Below, one piece after another: positions 18,091 through 27,054 of a stretch of DNA of 31,855 nt. The notes beneath the pieces are model-generated. The model saw nothing but the letters and a program-made list of their open reading frames with translations. It was not told where the DNA came from and made no database searches. Within the stretch, counting starts at the first letter, position 1. Every line of letters begins with the position of its first letter. A program made the translations under genes and the position numbers. Origin of the DNA: Candidatus Methylomirabilota bacterium (lineage in GTDB: Bacteria > Methylomirabilota > Methylomirabilia > Rokubacteriales > CSP1-6); assembly GCA_046726415.1 (NCBI GenBank), contig JBKPAK010000351.1, forward strand, positions 1-31,855, in the 5' to 3' direction.

Positions 18091-18180
18091 AAGTGTCACT
18101 CCTGCGACGTTTCTCGATCCTGAAGCGGGCCGTTCCTGAGTCCTCTTGCCCTTCCGACAATTCCCGGGTCCGGCCTCCAT

Positions 18181-18250
18181 CGACTCGAATCCAGGGGCCC
18201 GTCAGCATCCGTCGAGCGACTCGAATCCAGGGCCGTCAGTGGCGGTCGAG
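18181..18250. repeat. Imperfect 36/34-bp tandem duplication overlapping the GT-C gene stop
   Basis: cgactcgaatccaggggcccgtcagcatccgtcgag / cgactcgaatccagggccgtcagtggcggtcgag. Confidence 0.75.
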
Positions 18251-19732
18251 CTGCACGGCATAGATCACGACAGAGGGATCGCGGTAGATCGGATGGAGCC
18301 ATGAGAAGCTCGCGTCCGGCGTCGCCAGCGCCGCGAGCGGCTTGCGAAAGCGCCCCCAGCGGTCGTAGACGAGATAGTCGGCGGGCTGTTTGCGTAGCAT
18401 GGACTTCAGCTCCTCGACCGACTTTGCGTCTGGCGTTTCTTGCCATTCTCGCCCACTCAGATAGGCGATCTGGGCTCGCACGGCCATGACCGTTGCGCCG
18501 GGCGGGGCGACGCTCGCAAGGTAGCGAGCAGCCGGCAGCAACTCGGTGGGCTGGCGCTCTAGAATCGTGCCCACGGTGCGCCAGACACGCCCGATCGACG
18601 GAATGAGAATCGCGAGCGCGAAGGCCACTATCACCACGCGCGCGGCCCGGGGAGAACCGGCGACGTGCCCGACCAGCCGCGCGATCTCGAAGATCGCGAA
18701 GGCGGCGAAGCCGCTGTAGCAAGCGAGCAAGAACAGGAAGTACCGCCACTCCCAGTGCGTGAGCGACATGAAGAGGAGGAACGCGAGCGCCCCGACCAGA
18801 ACGAGGATGACCGGGCGCCGGCGATGCTTGACGAGGCTCAGCGCGATGCCTATGGCGGCCAATGGGCCCACCGGGAAGAGGGCCAGGCTCGCCCCGAAGC
18901 TCCTGACGAGCATCGGGCCGACGCCCTTCGCATAGTTCCACGCGAACTGACCCGGATCGTGGAGGACGACGTCGAGGAGCGATGTGAAGTTGCCATGCAC
19001 CCCGACGGCCTTGGCGACGTCCTCGTAGTTCGTGCTGTAGAAGGCCGACCCATGGTGGGCATAGTTCAGCGCCCACCATGGGGCCGCCGCCAGCGCGAAG
19101 CTGCCGAGAAACACCGCGGCGACCTCGGCGCGAGAAATCCACTTCCCGTCCCTCCAGATCATTCCCAGGAGGGCGGGCGCGAGGAGAAACGCGCCGTTGT
19201 ACCGGAAGACGTAGGCGACGCCGCACAGGACGCCACCGAGGGCGGCCGACCGCCATCCGCCCCCTTGATCGCCGGTGATGACCAGCATGGCGCCGAGACA
19301 CAGACACACGAACGGCACATCGGTCATGGCGCTGATCGCATAAGCCGTGAACGCGTGCGACGAGAGGATGATGGGCACGGCCAGGAGCGCGGGCGCGGCA
19401 CCGAACAGCCGCCGATGCAGATGGAAGGCGAGGACGCCGACGAGCCCGGCGGCCACTAGCGAGATCCACTTGCCGGAGCTGAAGTGGTCTCCCGTGAGCG
19501 GCGAGGCCAGCGCGAGCAGCAAGGGATAGCCGGGCGGGTTGTAGGTGTTCCGGGGGAAAAGGCCCGCCGCGATTCTGTCCGCGTCGGGGGCGTACCACCG
19601 ATAGAAGTCCGAGAATATCCCCACGACATGTCGGTGGACAGGGTAGGCGAGGGCCAAGACGTACAGCGCCGAGATCCCCATCGCGAGGACCTCGGCGCGG
19701 CGAAACGGTGGAGAGGTTGGCTCCCGCGGCAA
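18236..19732 (-). CDS. Polytopic membrane glycosyltransferase, GT-C fold (ArnT/PMT-like)
   Basis: About 11 TM segments; acidic first loop SDFYRWY, PPGYPLLLA, AMTDVPF, RYNG, EWRYF, small C-terminal soluble domain; start uncertain (TTG). Confidence 0.72.
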   Translation of the reverse strand: MPREPTSPPFRRAEVLAMGISALYVLALAYPVHRHVVGIFSDFYRWYAPDADRIAAGLFPRNTYNPPGYPLLLALASPLTGDHFSSGKWISLVAAGLVGVLAFHLHRRLFGAAPALLAVPIILSSHAFTAYAISAMTDVPFVCLCLGAMLVITGDQGGGWRSAALGGVLCGVAYVFRYNGAFLLAPALLGMIWRDGKWISRAEVAAVFLGSFALAAAPWWALNYAHHGSAFYSTNYEDVAKAVGVHGNFTSLLDVVLHDPGQFAWNYAKGVGPMLVRSFGASLALFPVGPLAAIGIALSLVKHRRRPVILVLVGALAFLLFMSLTHWEWRYFLFLLACYSGFAAFAIFEIARLVGHVAGSPRAARVVIVAFALAILIPSIGRVWRTVGTILERQPTELLPAARYLASVAPPGATVMAVRAQIAYLSGREWQETPDAKSVEELKSMLRKQPADYLVYDRWGRFRKPLAALATPDASFSWLHPIYRDPSVVIYAVQLDRH

Positions 19733-19743
19733 GCGGTCGGACG

Positions 19744-20061
19744 CTACACCTTGCCCCAGTACGGGCGCTCAGCCGGAAACACGGGTTGGCAACGGGTGGC
19801 CTCGGTCGGCCCATCCAGCGAGTCCGCCGCCGCTCGCCACACCGCGTAATGCGGCATCGCCCGATGAGCCTCCAGAGCGGCCTGGTCCTTGTAGACCTCG
19901 TAGAAGTAGTAGATGTTCTCGTCCTGCGCGTCCTGGAGCACGTTGAAGCGCAGGCAGCCGGGCTCGTCCTTCTCGGAGCCGAGCGCGTCGATCTCGATGG
20001 CCTTCAAGAAGCGCTGCCGTTCTCCCGGTTTGACGCGGACCTTCACCCACATTGCCAGCAT
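19744..20061 (-). CDS. ABM-family (LsrG/putative quinol monooxygenase-like) protein
   Basis: VKVRVKPG, EPGCLRFNVLQD, FYEVYKDQAALEAHRAMPHY; GAGGAG RBS. Confidence 0.88.
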   Translation of the reverse strand: MLAMWVKVRVKPGERQRFLKAIEIDALGSEKDEPGCLRFNVLQDAQDENIYYFYEVYKDQAALEAHRAMPHYAVWRAAADSLDGPTEATRCQPVFPAERPYWGKV

Positions 20062-20124
20062 CGTCGTCTCCTCGTGTGGTCAGGTGGTGCTCCCGTCTGC
20101 CGTTCGCCTCGCGTATGCGTCCTT

Positions 20125-21570
20125 TTACGAGAGGTCGACCCAGACGGTCTTGACCTCCGTGTAGTGGTCGAGCCCCACCGAACCCATCTCGCGGCCGAAG
20201 CCCGACTCCTTGAAGCCTCCGAAGGGGAGGGCCGCATCGAACAGGTTGTAGGCGTTGACCCACACCGTGCCCGCCCGGATCGCCCGCGCCGCCTTGAGGG
20301 CCTTGGCCACGTCGCGCGTCCACACGGCGGCGGCGAGCCCGTAGCTCGTCGCGTTCCCCTGCGCGATGCCCTCGTCGACCGATCGGAAGGGAATGACCGA
20401 GAGGACGGGGCCGAAGATCTCCTCGCGGGCGATCTTCATGGTGTTGCTGACGCCGTCGAAGATGGTCGGCTCTACATAGAAGCCCTTGCCGCCTCCGACC
20501 GCAGCGCGACCGCCGCCGGCCACCACGCGTGCGCCCTCCTGCTTCCCGGCCTCGATGTACGACAGGACCGTCTCCATTTGGGCTTTGGACACGACCGGCC
20601 CCATCCGCGTCGCCCTGTCCATGGGATCACCCACCTTGAGGCCCTTTACCCTATCGGTCAGCTTTGCCATGAACTCGTCGTGGATCTGGTGCTCGAGGAA
20701 CAAGCGCGAACCGGCGGCGCAGACCTCACCCTTGTTGTAGAAGATGCCGGTCATGGCGCCGCGAACCGCCGCCTCCGTGTCGGCGTCGGCGAAGACGATG
20801 TTGGGTGACTTGCCGCCTAGCTCGAGCGACAGCCGCTTCAGGGTTCCAGCCGCCTCGCGCATGATCTGCTTGCCGACCTCGGTGGACCCGGTGAAGGCGA
20901 TCTTGTCCACACGCGGGTCGCGCACGAGCGCCATGCCCACCTTGCCGCCCGGTCCGGTGACGACGTTGAAGACGCCTTCGGGCACTCCGGCCTCCTGGCA
21001 CAGCTCGGCGAACTTGAGCGCAGTCAGCGGCGTCTGCGACGCGGGCTTGAGAACCACCGTGTTCCCAGCGGCGAGGGCCGGGGCGATCTTCCACGACGAC
21101 AGGAGGAAGGGGAAATTCCACGGCACGATGGCGCCGATCACACCCACCGGGTGGCGCACGGTGAAGGTGAAGGCGTTGTCGCGGAGCTGGAGGGTCTCGC
21201 CGTGGATCTTGGTCGCCCAGCCCGCGTAGTAGCGGAAGACCTCGGCGGCGAAGGGTAGCTCCACCTTGCCCGAGTCGAACATGGTCTTCCCGGTGCAGAG
21301 GCTCTCGAGCTTGGCCATCTCATCGAGGTGCTGCTGGATCAGATCACCCAGGCGCCACACGATCCGGCCCCGCTCGTGGGGGCTCATGCGCGGCCACGGC
21401 CCCTCGTCGAAGGCTTTCCGCGCGGCGGCCACCGCGAGGTCGACGTCCCGCTCGTCGCCTTTCCCGACGGCGGCCAGCGGCTCTTCGTTCGCGGGATTGA
21501 TCGGCTGATAGGTCTCGCCCGACACGGGCGCTTGCCACGTGCCAGCCACGAAGATCTCTCCTGCCTTCAT
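20125..21570 (-). CDS. NAD-dependent aldehyde dehydrogenase
   Basis: AAGGAG RBS, ATG 21570; IVPWNFP, FTGSTEVG, LELGGKSP, GEVCAAGSR, EEIFGPV, PFGGFKESG. Confidence 0.95.
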   Translation of the reverse strand: MKAGEIFVAGTWQAPVSGETYQPINPANEEPLAAVGKGDERDVDLAVAAARKAFDEGPWPRMSPHERGRIVWRLGDLIQQHLDEMAKLESLCTGKTMFDSGKVELPFAAEVFRYYAGWATKIHGETLQLRDNAFTFTVRHPVGVIGAIVPWNFPFLLSSWKIAPALAAGNTVVLKPASQTPLTALKFAELCQEAGVPEGVFNVVTGPGGKVGMALVRDPRVDKIAFTGSTEVGKQIMREAAGTLKRLSLELGGKSPNIVFADADTEAAVRGAMTGIFYNKGEVCAAGSRLFLEHQIHDEFMAKLTDRVKGLKVGDPMDRATRMGPVVSKAQMETVLSYIEAGKQEGARVVAGGGRAAVGGGKGFYVEPTIFDGVSNTMKIAREEIFGPVLSVIPFRSVDEGIAQGNATSYGLAAAVWTRDVAKALKAARAIRAGTVWVNAYNLFDAALPFGGFKESGFGREMGSVGLDHYTEVKTVWVDLS

Positions 21571-21589
21571 GATGCTTCTCCTTTGCCGC

Positions 21590-22486
21590 TTACACCTGAC
21601 CGACCCACGACGAAGTCGCGACCTCGCCCCAGCGCGCGCGGATCCGTTCGAACTCGGCCGCGGCCAGCGGTCCCGCCCCGAGCAGCGCCGCATTCTGCTG
21701 CCACCGCTCCGGCTTGGTGGTGCCCACGATCGCGGTGTGAACCCCTGGCACGCTCAGCGTAAAGCGCAGGACGGTGGCCGCCGCGGTGTGGGGTGTGTCG
21801 CGGAGGAACGGGTAGTCCAGCGCGCGCAGGCGCGACCAGTAGGTTTGATAGTAGGGCTCACTCGGCTTGCGCGCGTACTGCCAGGCGGCGTTGGCCAGCG
21901 GCCGCTTGGCGATCACGCCCATCTGGTGCGAGCGGGCCAACGGCAGGGTCAGGTCGATGGCCTCCTGGTCGGCGATGCTCACGGAGGTCTGGAGGGTGTC
22001 GAACCGGCCGCATTCCACGGCATAGCGCGCGGCCTCCGCGTCGCCGCTGTAGCCGAGGTAGCGCGTCCAGCCGCGCTCGCGCGCCTGTTCGAGGGCCTCG
22101 ATGGCGTCGCCCTTTCGCAGCTCGGCGAGCGGGCAACTGTGGAGCTGGATCAGGTCGAGGTAGTCGGTGCGCAGGCGCTTGAGGCTTCGCTCGATGCTGG
22201 CCAGCAGCGGGGCCGGTCGCCAGTCCGCCCGACCCCACCCGCCGGCATGCCCGCACTTGGTGAAGAGATAGACCTCACGGCGCCGCGCGCCGATTGCGCG
22301 CCCGATGAGGACCTCGCTCTCGTCATAGCACTCTGCCGTATCGATGGCGTTCAGGCCGGCGTCCAGGGCGCCGCCGAGCAGCCGCGCCACGGTGCGAGGA
22401 CTCACGCCCTCGTAGCCGATCTCGGAGCCTCCGAAGCCGAGGACACTGGCGACGATGTCGGTCTTCCCGAGTCGGCGTTGCTCCAT
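21590..22486 (-). CDS. Aldo/keto reductase
   Basis: MEQRRLGKT, LGFGG, IDTAECY, FTKCG, SLKRLRTDYLDLIQLH (D/Y/K/H tetrad); ORF 21590..23623 trimmed to ATG 22486. Confidence 0.92.
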   Translation of the reverse strand: MEQRRLGKTDIVASVLGFGGSEIGYEGVSPRTVARLLGGALDAGLNAIDTAECYDESEVLIGRAIGARRREVYLFTKCGHAGGWGRADWRPAPLLASIERSLKRLRTDYLDLIQLHSCPLAELRKGDAIEALEQARERGWTRYLGYSGDAEAARYAVECGRFDTLQTSVSIADQEAIDLTLPLARSHQMGVIAKRPLANAAWQYARKPSEPYYQTYWSRLRALDYPFLRDTPHTAAATVLRFTLSVPGVHTAIVGTTKPERWQQNAALLGAGPLAAAEFERIRARWGEVATSSWVGQV

Positions 22487-22536
22487 GGCCACCGTCTGAC
22501 CGGTGGGAGATCTCGAATCCGCGATCGCCAGGGAGC

Positions 22537-23685
22537 TCAGAGCAGGTTGTAGAGCCTCGCGACGTTCTCGGAGGTGATCTTCCGGCGCACCCGTTCCGGC
22601 AGCATCTTCAGATTCGCGTCGAGGGTTCGGCGCGACTCTGGCCAGATGCAGTCGGGGTGCGGATAGTCGGCGCCCCAAATGATGGTGTCCTCGCCGATGA
22701 GCGGGATGATCGGCTCCAGATACTGATCCTGCTGGTACGTGACGTAGCCCTGGCGGCGGAAGTAGTCGCTGGGCTTCAGGGAGAAGCCGAGGGCCCGGGC
22801 CCGGTCGTTGTACTCGGTGTCCAGGCGGTCGAATACGTACGGCAGCCAGGTCACCCCCGACTCGCCCAGGACGAAGTTGAAGTCGGGATACTTCTCGCAG
22901 GCCCCGGAGGCAATCAGCGACACCAGGACCTCCATGGTGTCGAGTTGGAACAGGGCCGACCGGACCAGGCGCCACTGCAGCATGTAGGCCTGTTCCATCT
23001 GGGGCGTGTCCGGGGCGCGCAGCCCCTTGAAGCCCGTGGAGTGGAAGGAGATCGGGAACCGGCACTCGGCCGCTGCCTCCCACAGCGGATACCAGCCGTC
23101 GTGGTAGAGGGGCGGGGTCATTCGCTTGAAGGCCAGGTCGCCCCCGCGCAGCCCCATCTTGGCGCAGCGGCGCACCTCGGCTGCCGCATCGACCGGGTCG
23201 TTGTTGGGGATGATGGCGAGCGGGAAGACGCGGTTGGGATCGGAGCGCTTGGCGAAGTCGGCGGCCCAGTCGTTGTAGATCTTGTCCGCCCAGGCTCGCC
23301 GCTCGCCGGTATCGATGAGGTCGTTGATCATCAGGCAGCCGTAGACGATCTCCGCGTCGATGCCGTCGCGATCGAGGTCGGCGAGCCGGAGCTCTGGCGT
23401 GGTCGGCCTGGGCGTGGCGCCCGGGCGGCTGTCCCACTCGAAGCCAATCTCCTTCATCTCGTCGATGTGGCCGAAGGCTCCCTTCTGGTACTTCAGGAAC
23501 CCCGGCCCCACGCCGTTCCACATCCCCTTGTCCTGCGCCTCCACGAACCAGTGGAGGCCGTCCTCCAATTCCTCCACGCGGGGCACGAGGAGCTTCCACT
23601 TGGCCGGCGCCTGCGACGACCACAGGTCGGGGGGGAGGTAAGTGAGGTCGATGTGGTTGTCGCCGGAGATGAGCCTCTCTGACAT
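22537..23685 (-). CDS. Amidohydrolase family protein (Amidohydro_2 type)
   Basis: ISGDNH, LDRDGIDAEIVY, YNDWAADF, ISFH, ESGVTW, WGADYPHPD; AAGGAG RBS. Confidence 0.9.
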   Translation of the reverse strand: MSERLISGDNHIDLTYLPPDLWSSQAPAKWKLLVPRVEELEDGLHWFVEAQDKGMWNGVGPGFLKYQKGAFGHIDEMKEIGFEWDSRPGATPRPTTPELRLADLDRDGIDAEIVYGCLMINDLIDTGERRAWADKIYNDWAADFAKRSDPNRVFPLAIIPNNDPVDAAAEVRRCAKMGLRGGDLAFKRMTPPLYHDGWYPLWEAAAECRFPISFHSTGFKGLRAPDTPQMEQAYMLQWRLVRSALFQLDTMEVLVSLIASGACEKYPDFNFVLGESGVTWLPYVFDRLDTEYNDRARALGFSLKPSDYFRRQGYVTYQQDQYLEPIIPLIGEDTIIWGADYPHPDCIWPESRRTLDANLKMLPERVRRKITSENVARLYNLL

Positions 23686-23793
23686 GGCGCGCTCCTTTGC
23701 TTGGACGTCACTACCGCGACGATGGCCTGGACGCCGAGATCGTAACCCCGATCCACGCTCGCGGTCCAGCGTGGCCCGAGATTGGCCGATGCA

Positions 23794-23822
23794 TTGACAC
23801 CTGCGGGGCCGTGCAGTACGGT
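23794..23822 (+). promoter_or_regulatory. Putative sigma70 promoter of the second ABC operon
   Basis: TTGACA, 17 nt, TACGGT; 27 nt upstream of ATG 23850. Confidence 0.6.
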
Positions 23823-23849
23823 CCGCGGCGAGGAAGGAAGGAGGGCGCC

Positions 23850-25022
23850 ATGAGCAAGCCTTGCCTCGTCCGCAACGCCGCGGTCCTCACTCTGGTCATG
23901 GGGGTAGTCGTCGGCGACATGGTCGCCACGCGTGACGGCGCCGCCCAGGGGCCGATCACCATCTCCATCATCGACGTGTCGGGAGACCTCTCGTCGACGC
24001 GCGCCATCATCGAGAACTACCAGAAGGCGAATGCTCAGAAGGTGAAAACGGTCAACTTCCAGCGGGCACCGGCGCCGGAGCTGCCGGCCAAGATCAAGGC
24101 GCAGCAGGACGCCGGCCGGGTCGACGTGAACCTCTTGCTCGTCGGCCAGGATGCCGGTTCTGTCCTCGCCAGCCACGGCCAGCTCGTGAAGCTCTTCCCC
24201 CAGTACGAGAAGCTCTTCCCCACGGACGAGCTGACGGACGCCGGCAAGGTGCTGCAGGCGGAGGGCGAGGGCTTTCTGCTCCCGGCGGTGGTGAGCAACG
24301 GCGGGCCGGTCTTCATCTACAACCCTTCCAAGGTCAAACAGCCGCCGAAGAGCGCCGACGAGTTCAAGGCGTGGGTGAAGGCCAACCCCGGCAAGTTCAT
24401 GTATGCGCGCCCCGCCAACTCCGGGCCCGGACGCTCGATCATCTGCGGGCTGCCCTACGTCCTCGGTGACAAGGCACCGACCGATCCGGTGAAGGGGTGG
24501 GACAAGACGTGGGCGTATCTCAGGGAGGTCGGCGAGTCGGTGGAGTACTATCCGACGGGCACCGCCATCACCCTCAAGGAATTCGCCGAGGGTACCCGCT
24601 GGATCATCGCCGGCATCATGGAGTGGGACATGAAGCCCCGCGCCGAGGGCACCATCCCGCCCGACTCGAAGATCTTCATCCTGCCCAACACCTCGTTCGT
24701 CATCGACGGCCACTACTGGGCCATCCCCAAGGGCGTCTCTCCCGCCGAGCAGGAGGTCATCCTCGATCTCATGAAGTTCATGCGCCGCCCCGATCAGCAG
24801 GTGCTCACCTGGAAGGCGTTCATCGGCCCCTCGATCAAGGCGGCCACGCTCGACAAAGCGCCGCCCGATATCCAGAAGCTCGTGCAGGAGCACTGGCGGC
24901 CGGAATACACGGACATGGAAAAGAAGTACAAGATCGTGCCCCAGCTACCGGTGAAGGACCTGATCGCGGCCATGGATCGGTGGGACAAGGAGGTCGGCGC
25001 CCAGCGCATCAAGAAGTTCTAG
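23850..25022 (+). CDS. ABC extracellular solute-binding protein (PotD-related, ligand unknown)
   Basis: AAGGAGG RBS, ATG 23850; signal peptide; YARPANSGPG, GWDKTWAYL, YWAIPKG. Confidence 0.88.
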   Translation: MSKPCLVRNAAVLTLVMGVVVGDMVATRDGAAQGPITISIIDVSGDLSSTRAIIENYQKANAQKVKTVNFQRAPAPELPAKIKAQQDAGRVDVNLLLVGQDAGSVLASHGQLVKLFPQYEKLFPTDELTDAGKVLQAEGEGFLLPAVVSNGGPVFIYNPSKVKQPPKSADEFKAWVKANPGKFMYARPANSGPGRSIICGLPYVLGDKAPTDPVKGWDKTWAYLREVGESVEYYPTGTAITLKEFAEGTRWIIAGIMEWDMKPRAEGTIPPDSKIFILPNTSFVIDGHYWAIPKGVSPAEQEVILDLMKFMRRPDQQVLTWKAFIGPSIKAATLDKAPPDIQKLVQEHWRPEYTDMEKKYKIVPQLPVKDLIAAMDRWDKEVGAQRIKKF

Positions 25023-25035
25023 CCCAGGCGCGCGC

Positions 25036-26103
25036 GTGATCGGCCGCCTCCGCTTCCGTCTCAGCAAGCACTTCGGTGCGAGGAACGTGCTCGACGACTT
25101 TGCGCTCGAAGTGCGCGGTGGCGAGTTCGTGACCTTTCTCGGCCCGTCGGGCTGTGGCAAGTCGACCGCCCTCAACCTCCTCGCCGGCCTGCTCGCTCCC
25201 AGCGCGGGCGAGATCTGGCTCGAGGACCAGCGCATCGACGGGCTGCCGCCCGAGCGCCGCGGCTTCGGCATGGTCTTCCAGAGCTACGCCCTGTTCCCGC
25301 ACCTCACCGTCTTCGACAACGTGGCCTTCGGGCTCGACGTCCGCCGCCTCCCGCGGGCGGAGGTGGCCAGGCGCGTGGATCGCATGCTCGCCCTGGTCAG
25401 GCTCGACGGGCTCGACACGAGGCATCCCGCCCAGCTCTCCGGCGGTCAGCAGCAACGCGTCGCCATCGCCCGGGCGCTCGTCATCGAGCCCCGCGTCCTT
25501 TTGCTCGACGAGCCGCTCAGCAATCTCGACGCGAAGCTGCGCCTCGAGATGCGCGCGGAGATCAAGCGCCTGCACGCTGACCTCGGGCTCACGTCGATCT
25601 ACGTCACCCACGACCAGGCGGAGGCGCTGTCGCTGTCCGATCGGGTCGTGGTCATGCGCGAGGGGCGCATGATGCAGGTGGGCACGCCGGCCGAGATCTA
25701 CGATCGCCCGGCGAATCTCTTCGTGGCCGACTTCGTCGGTTACCGCAACGTGTTCCCGCTGACGGTGACGAAGAGCGCTGACGACGGCGCGGTGATCGGC
25801 GAGGGCGACGGGCTGACCCTGGCCGGGCGCAGCGCCAGCCCCTTCTCACCGGGTGCGGCGGTGCTGGCCGCCGTCCGGCCGGAGGACGTGCGGGCGACCG
25901 ACGAGCCGCCGGGGCTCAACGTCGTGCAGGGCACCGTTCGGCTCGTCGAGTACCAGGGGCGCGAGTACGATGTCGACGTGGTGCTCGAGGCGGGCACGAC
26001 GCTCAAGGCTCGGCTTGCGCGGCCGGTACCGGTCGGGAGCCACATCAGCCTCGCTCTCGATGCCGAGCGTATCGTGATCCTACCGGGGGGGAACGCTAGG
26101 TGA
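25036..26103 (+). CDS. ABC transporter ATP-binding protein
   Basis: GPSGCGKST, LSGGQQQR, LLDEPLSNLD, VTHDQAEA, TOBE-like tail. Confidence 0.93.
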   Translation: MIGRLRFRLSKHFGARNVLDDFALEVRGGEFVTFLGPSGCGKSTALNLLAGLLAPSAGEIWLEDQRIDGLPPERRGFGMVFQSYALFPHLTVFDNVAFGLDVRRLPRAEVARRVDRMLALVRLDGLDTRHPAQLSGGQQQRVAIARALVIEPRVLLLDEPLSNLDAKLRLEMRAEIKRLHADLGLTSIYVTHDQAEALSLSDRVVVMREGRMMQVGTPAEIYDRPANLFVADFVGYRNVFPLTVTKSADDGAVIGEGDGLTLAGRSASPFSPGAAVLAAVRPEDVRATDEPPGLNVVQGTVRLVEYQGREYDVDVVLEAGTTLKARLARPVPVGSHISLALDAERIVILPGGNAR

Positions 26104-26960
26104 AAGGCCGCGGGCTCCTCCTCCTGGTCCTGCCGTCGGTCGTCTACCTCCTGGCGATGTTCGTCTATCCGTTCGCCTACGGCGTGTTTCTCTCGATTCA
26201 TCCCCCGAAAGGCCCGGGCGGCACGTCGCTCGCAAACTATGTGGCGTTCCTGGGGGACCCGTGGCAGCTCCGCACGATCTGGGTTACCGCGTCGATCGCG
26301 GTGCCCAACACGATCGCCACCGTCGTCCTCGCCCTGGCGGTGGCCTACGCGATGCGCCGCGGCATCTGGGCGGAGCGCGCGATCACCACGTTGCTGGTGC
26401 TGCCGATTGCCTTGGGCACCGTGCTCGTGGCCGAGGGCATCAACGGCTTCTACGGGCCCAAGGGCTGGCTCAACCAGGTCCTGATGGCCCTGGGCGCGAG
26501 CGATCCGCCCCGGCTCACGCACAACTACACGGGCGTCATGATCGCCCTCTTCGTCCAGCACTTTCCGTTCTGTTTCCTCATGCTGCTCGGCTACATCTCT
26601 GGGATCGATCCGGCCCTCGAGCAGTCCGCGCGCGTGCTGGGGGCGCGGCCGTGGGTCGTGTTCAGGCGAGTCATGTGGCCGCTGATCGCGCCCGGAGCGG
26701 CCATCGCCTTCGCACTTGTCTTCGTGATGAACTTCGGCGTGTTTCCCTCCGCCGTTCTCGTGGGTCAGCCCGCGGGTCAGACGCGCACCATCGCCATCGC
26801 CGCCTATCAGCAGGCGTTCGAGCACTACGACATGTCGATGGCTTCGGCCATCGCCGTGGTCATGGGGTTGTGCCAGCTCCTCGGTCTGGCGCTCGTCATC
26901 GTGTTGCGCAGCCGCATCAGGGCGACCGGGATGGCCACCGTCGGGGTGGGGAAGCGCTGA
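26100..26960 (+). CDS. ABC transporter permease
   Basis: Hydrophobic; LEQSARVLGARPWVVFRRVMWPL; GTGA overlap with the ATPase stop. Confidence 0.92.
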   Translation: MKGRGLLLLVLPSVVYLLAMFVYPFAYGVFLSIHPPKGPGGTSLANYVAFLGDPWQLRTIWVTASIAVPNTIATVVLALAVAYAMRRGIWAERAITTLLVLPIALGTVLVAEGINGFYGPKGWLNQVLMALGASDPPRLTHNYTGVMIALFVQHFPFCFLMLLGYISGIDPALEQSARVLGARPWVVFRRVMWPLIAPGAAIAFALVFVMNFGVFPSAVLVGQPAGQTRTIAIAAYQQAFEHYDMSMASAIAVVMGLCQLLGLALVIVLRSRIRATGMATVGVGKR

Positions 26961-27054
26961 TGCGGTCGATGGGTCGGGGCCGCCGCGGGTGGCTCGGCTC
27001 GCTCGGGGGTGGCGGCCCCAGGTGGCCCCGCTCGCTCTCGGGGGGGATGCGACC

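Noticed and set aside
12573..18250. CRISPR array or a bona fide mobile element suggested by 32-36 bp repeats
   Set aside because: Each repeat has only two adjacent copies with no spacers, the two units are unrelated to each other, and no cas, integrase or transposase gene is present
21590..23623. Apparent 677-aa fusion ending in an aldo/keto reductase
   Set aside because: The N-terminal part is an off-frame read of the amidohydrolase gene; AKR homology begins at ATG 22486
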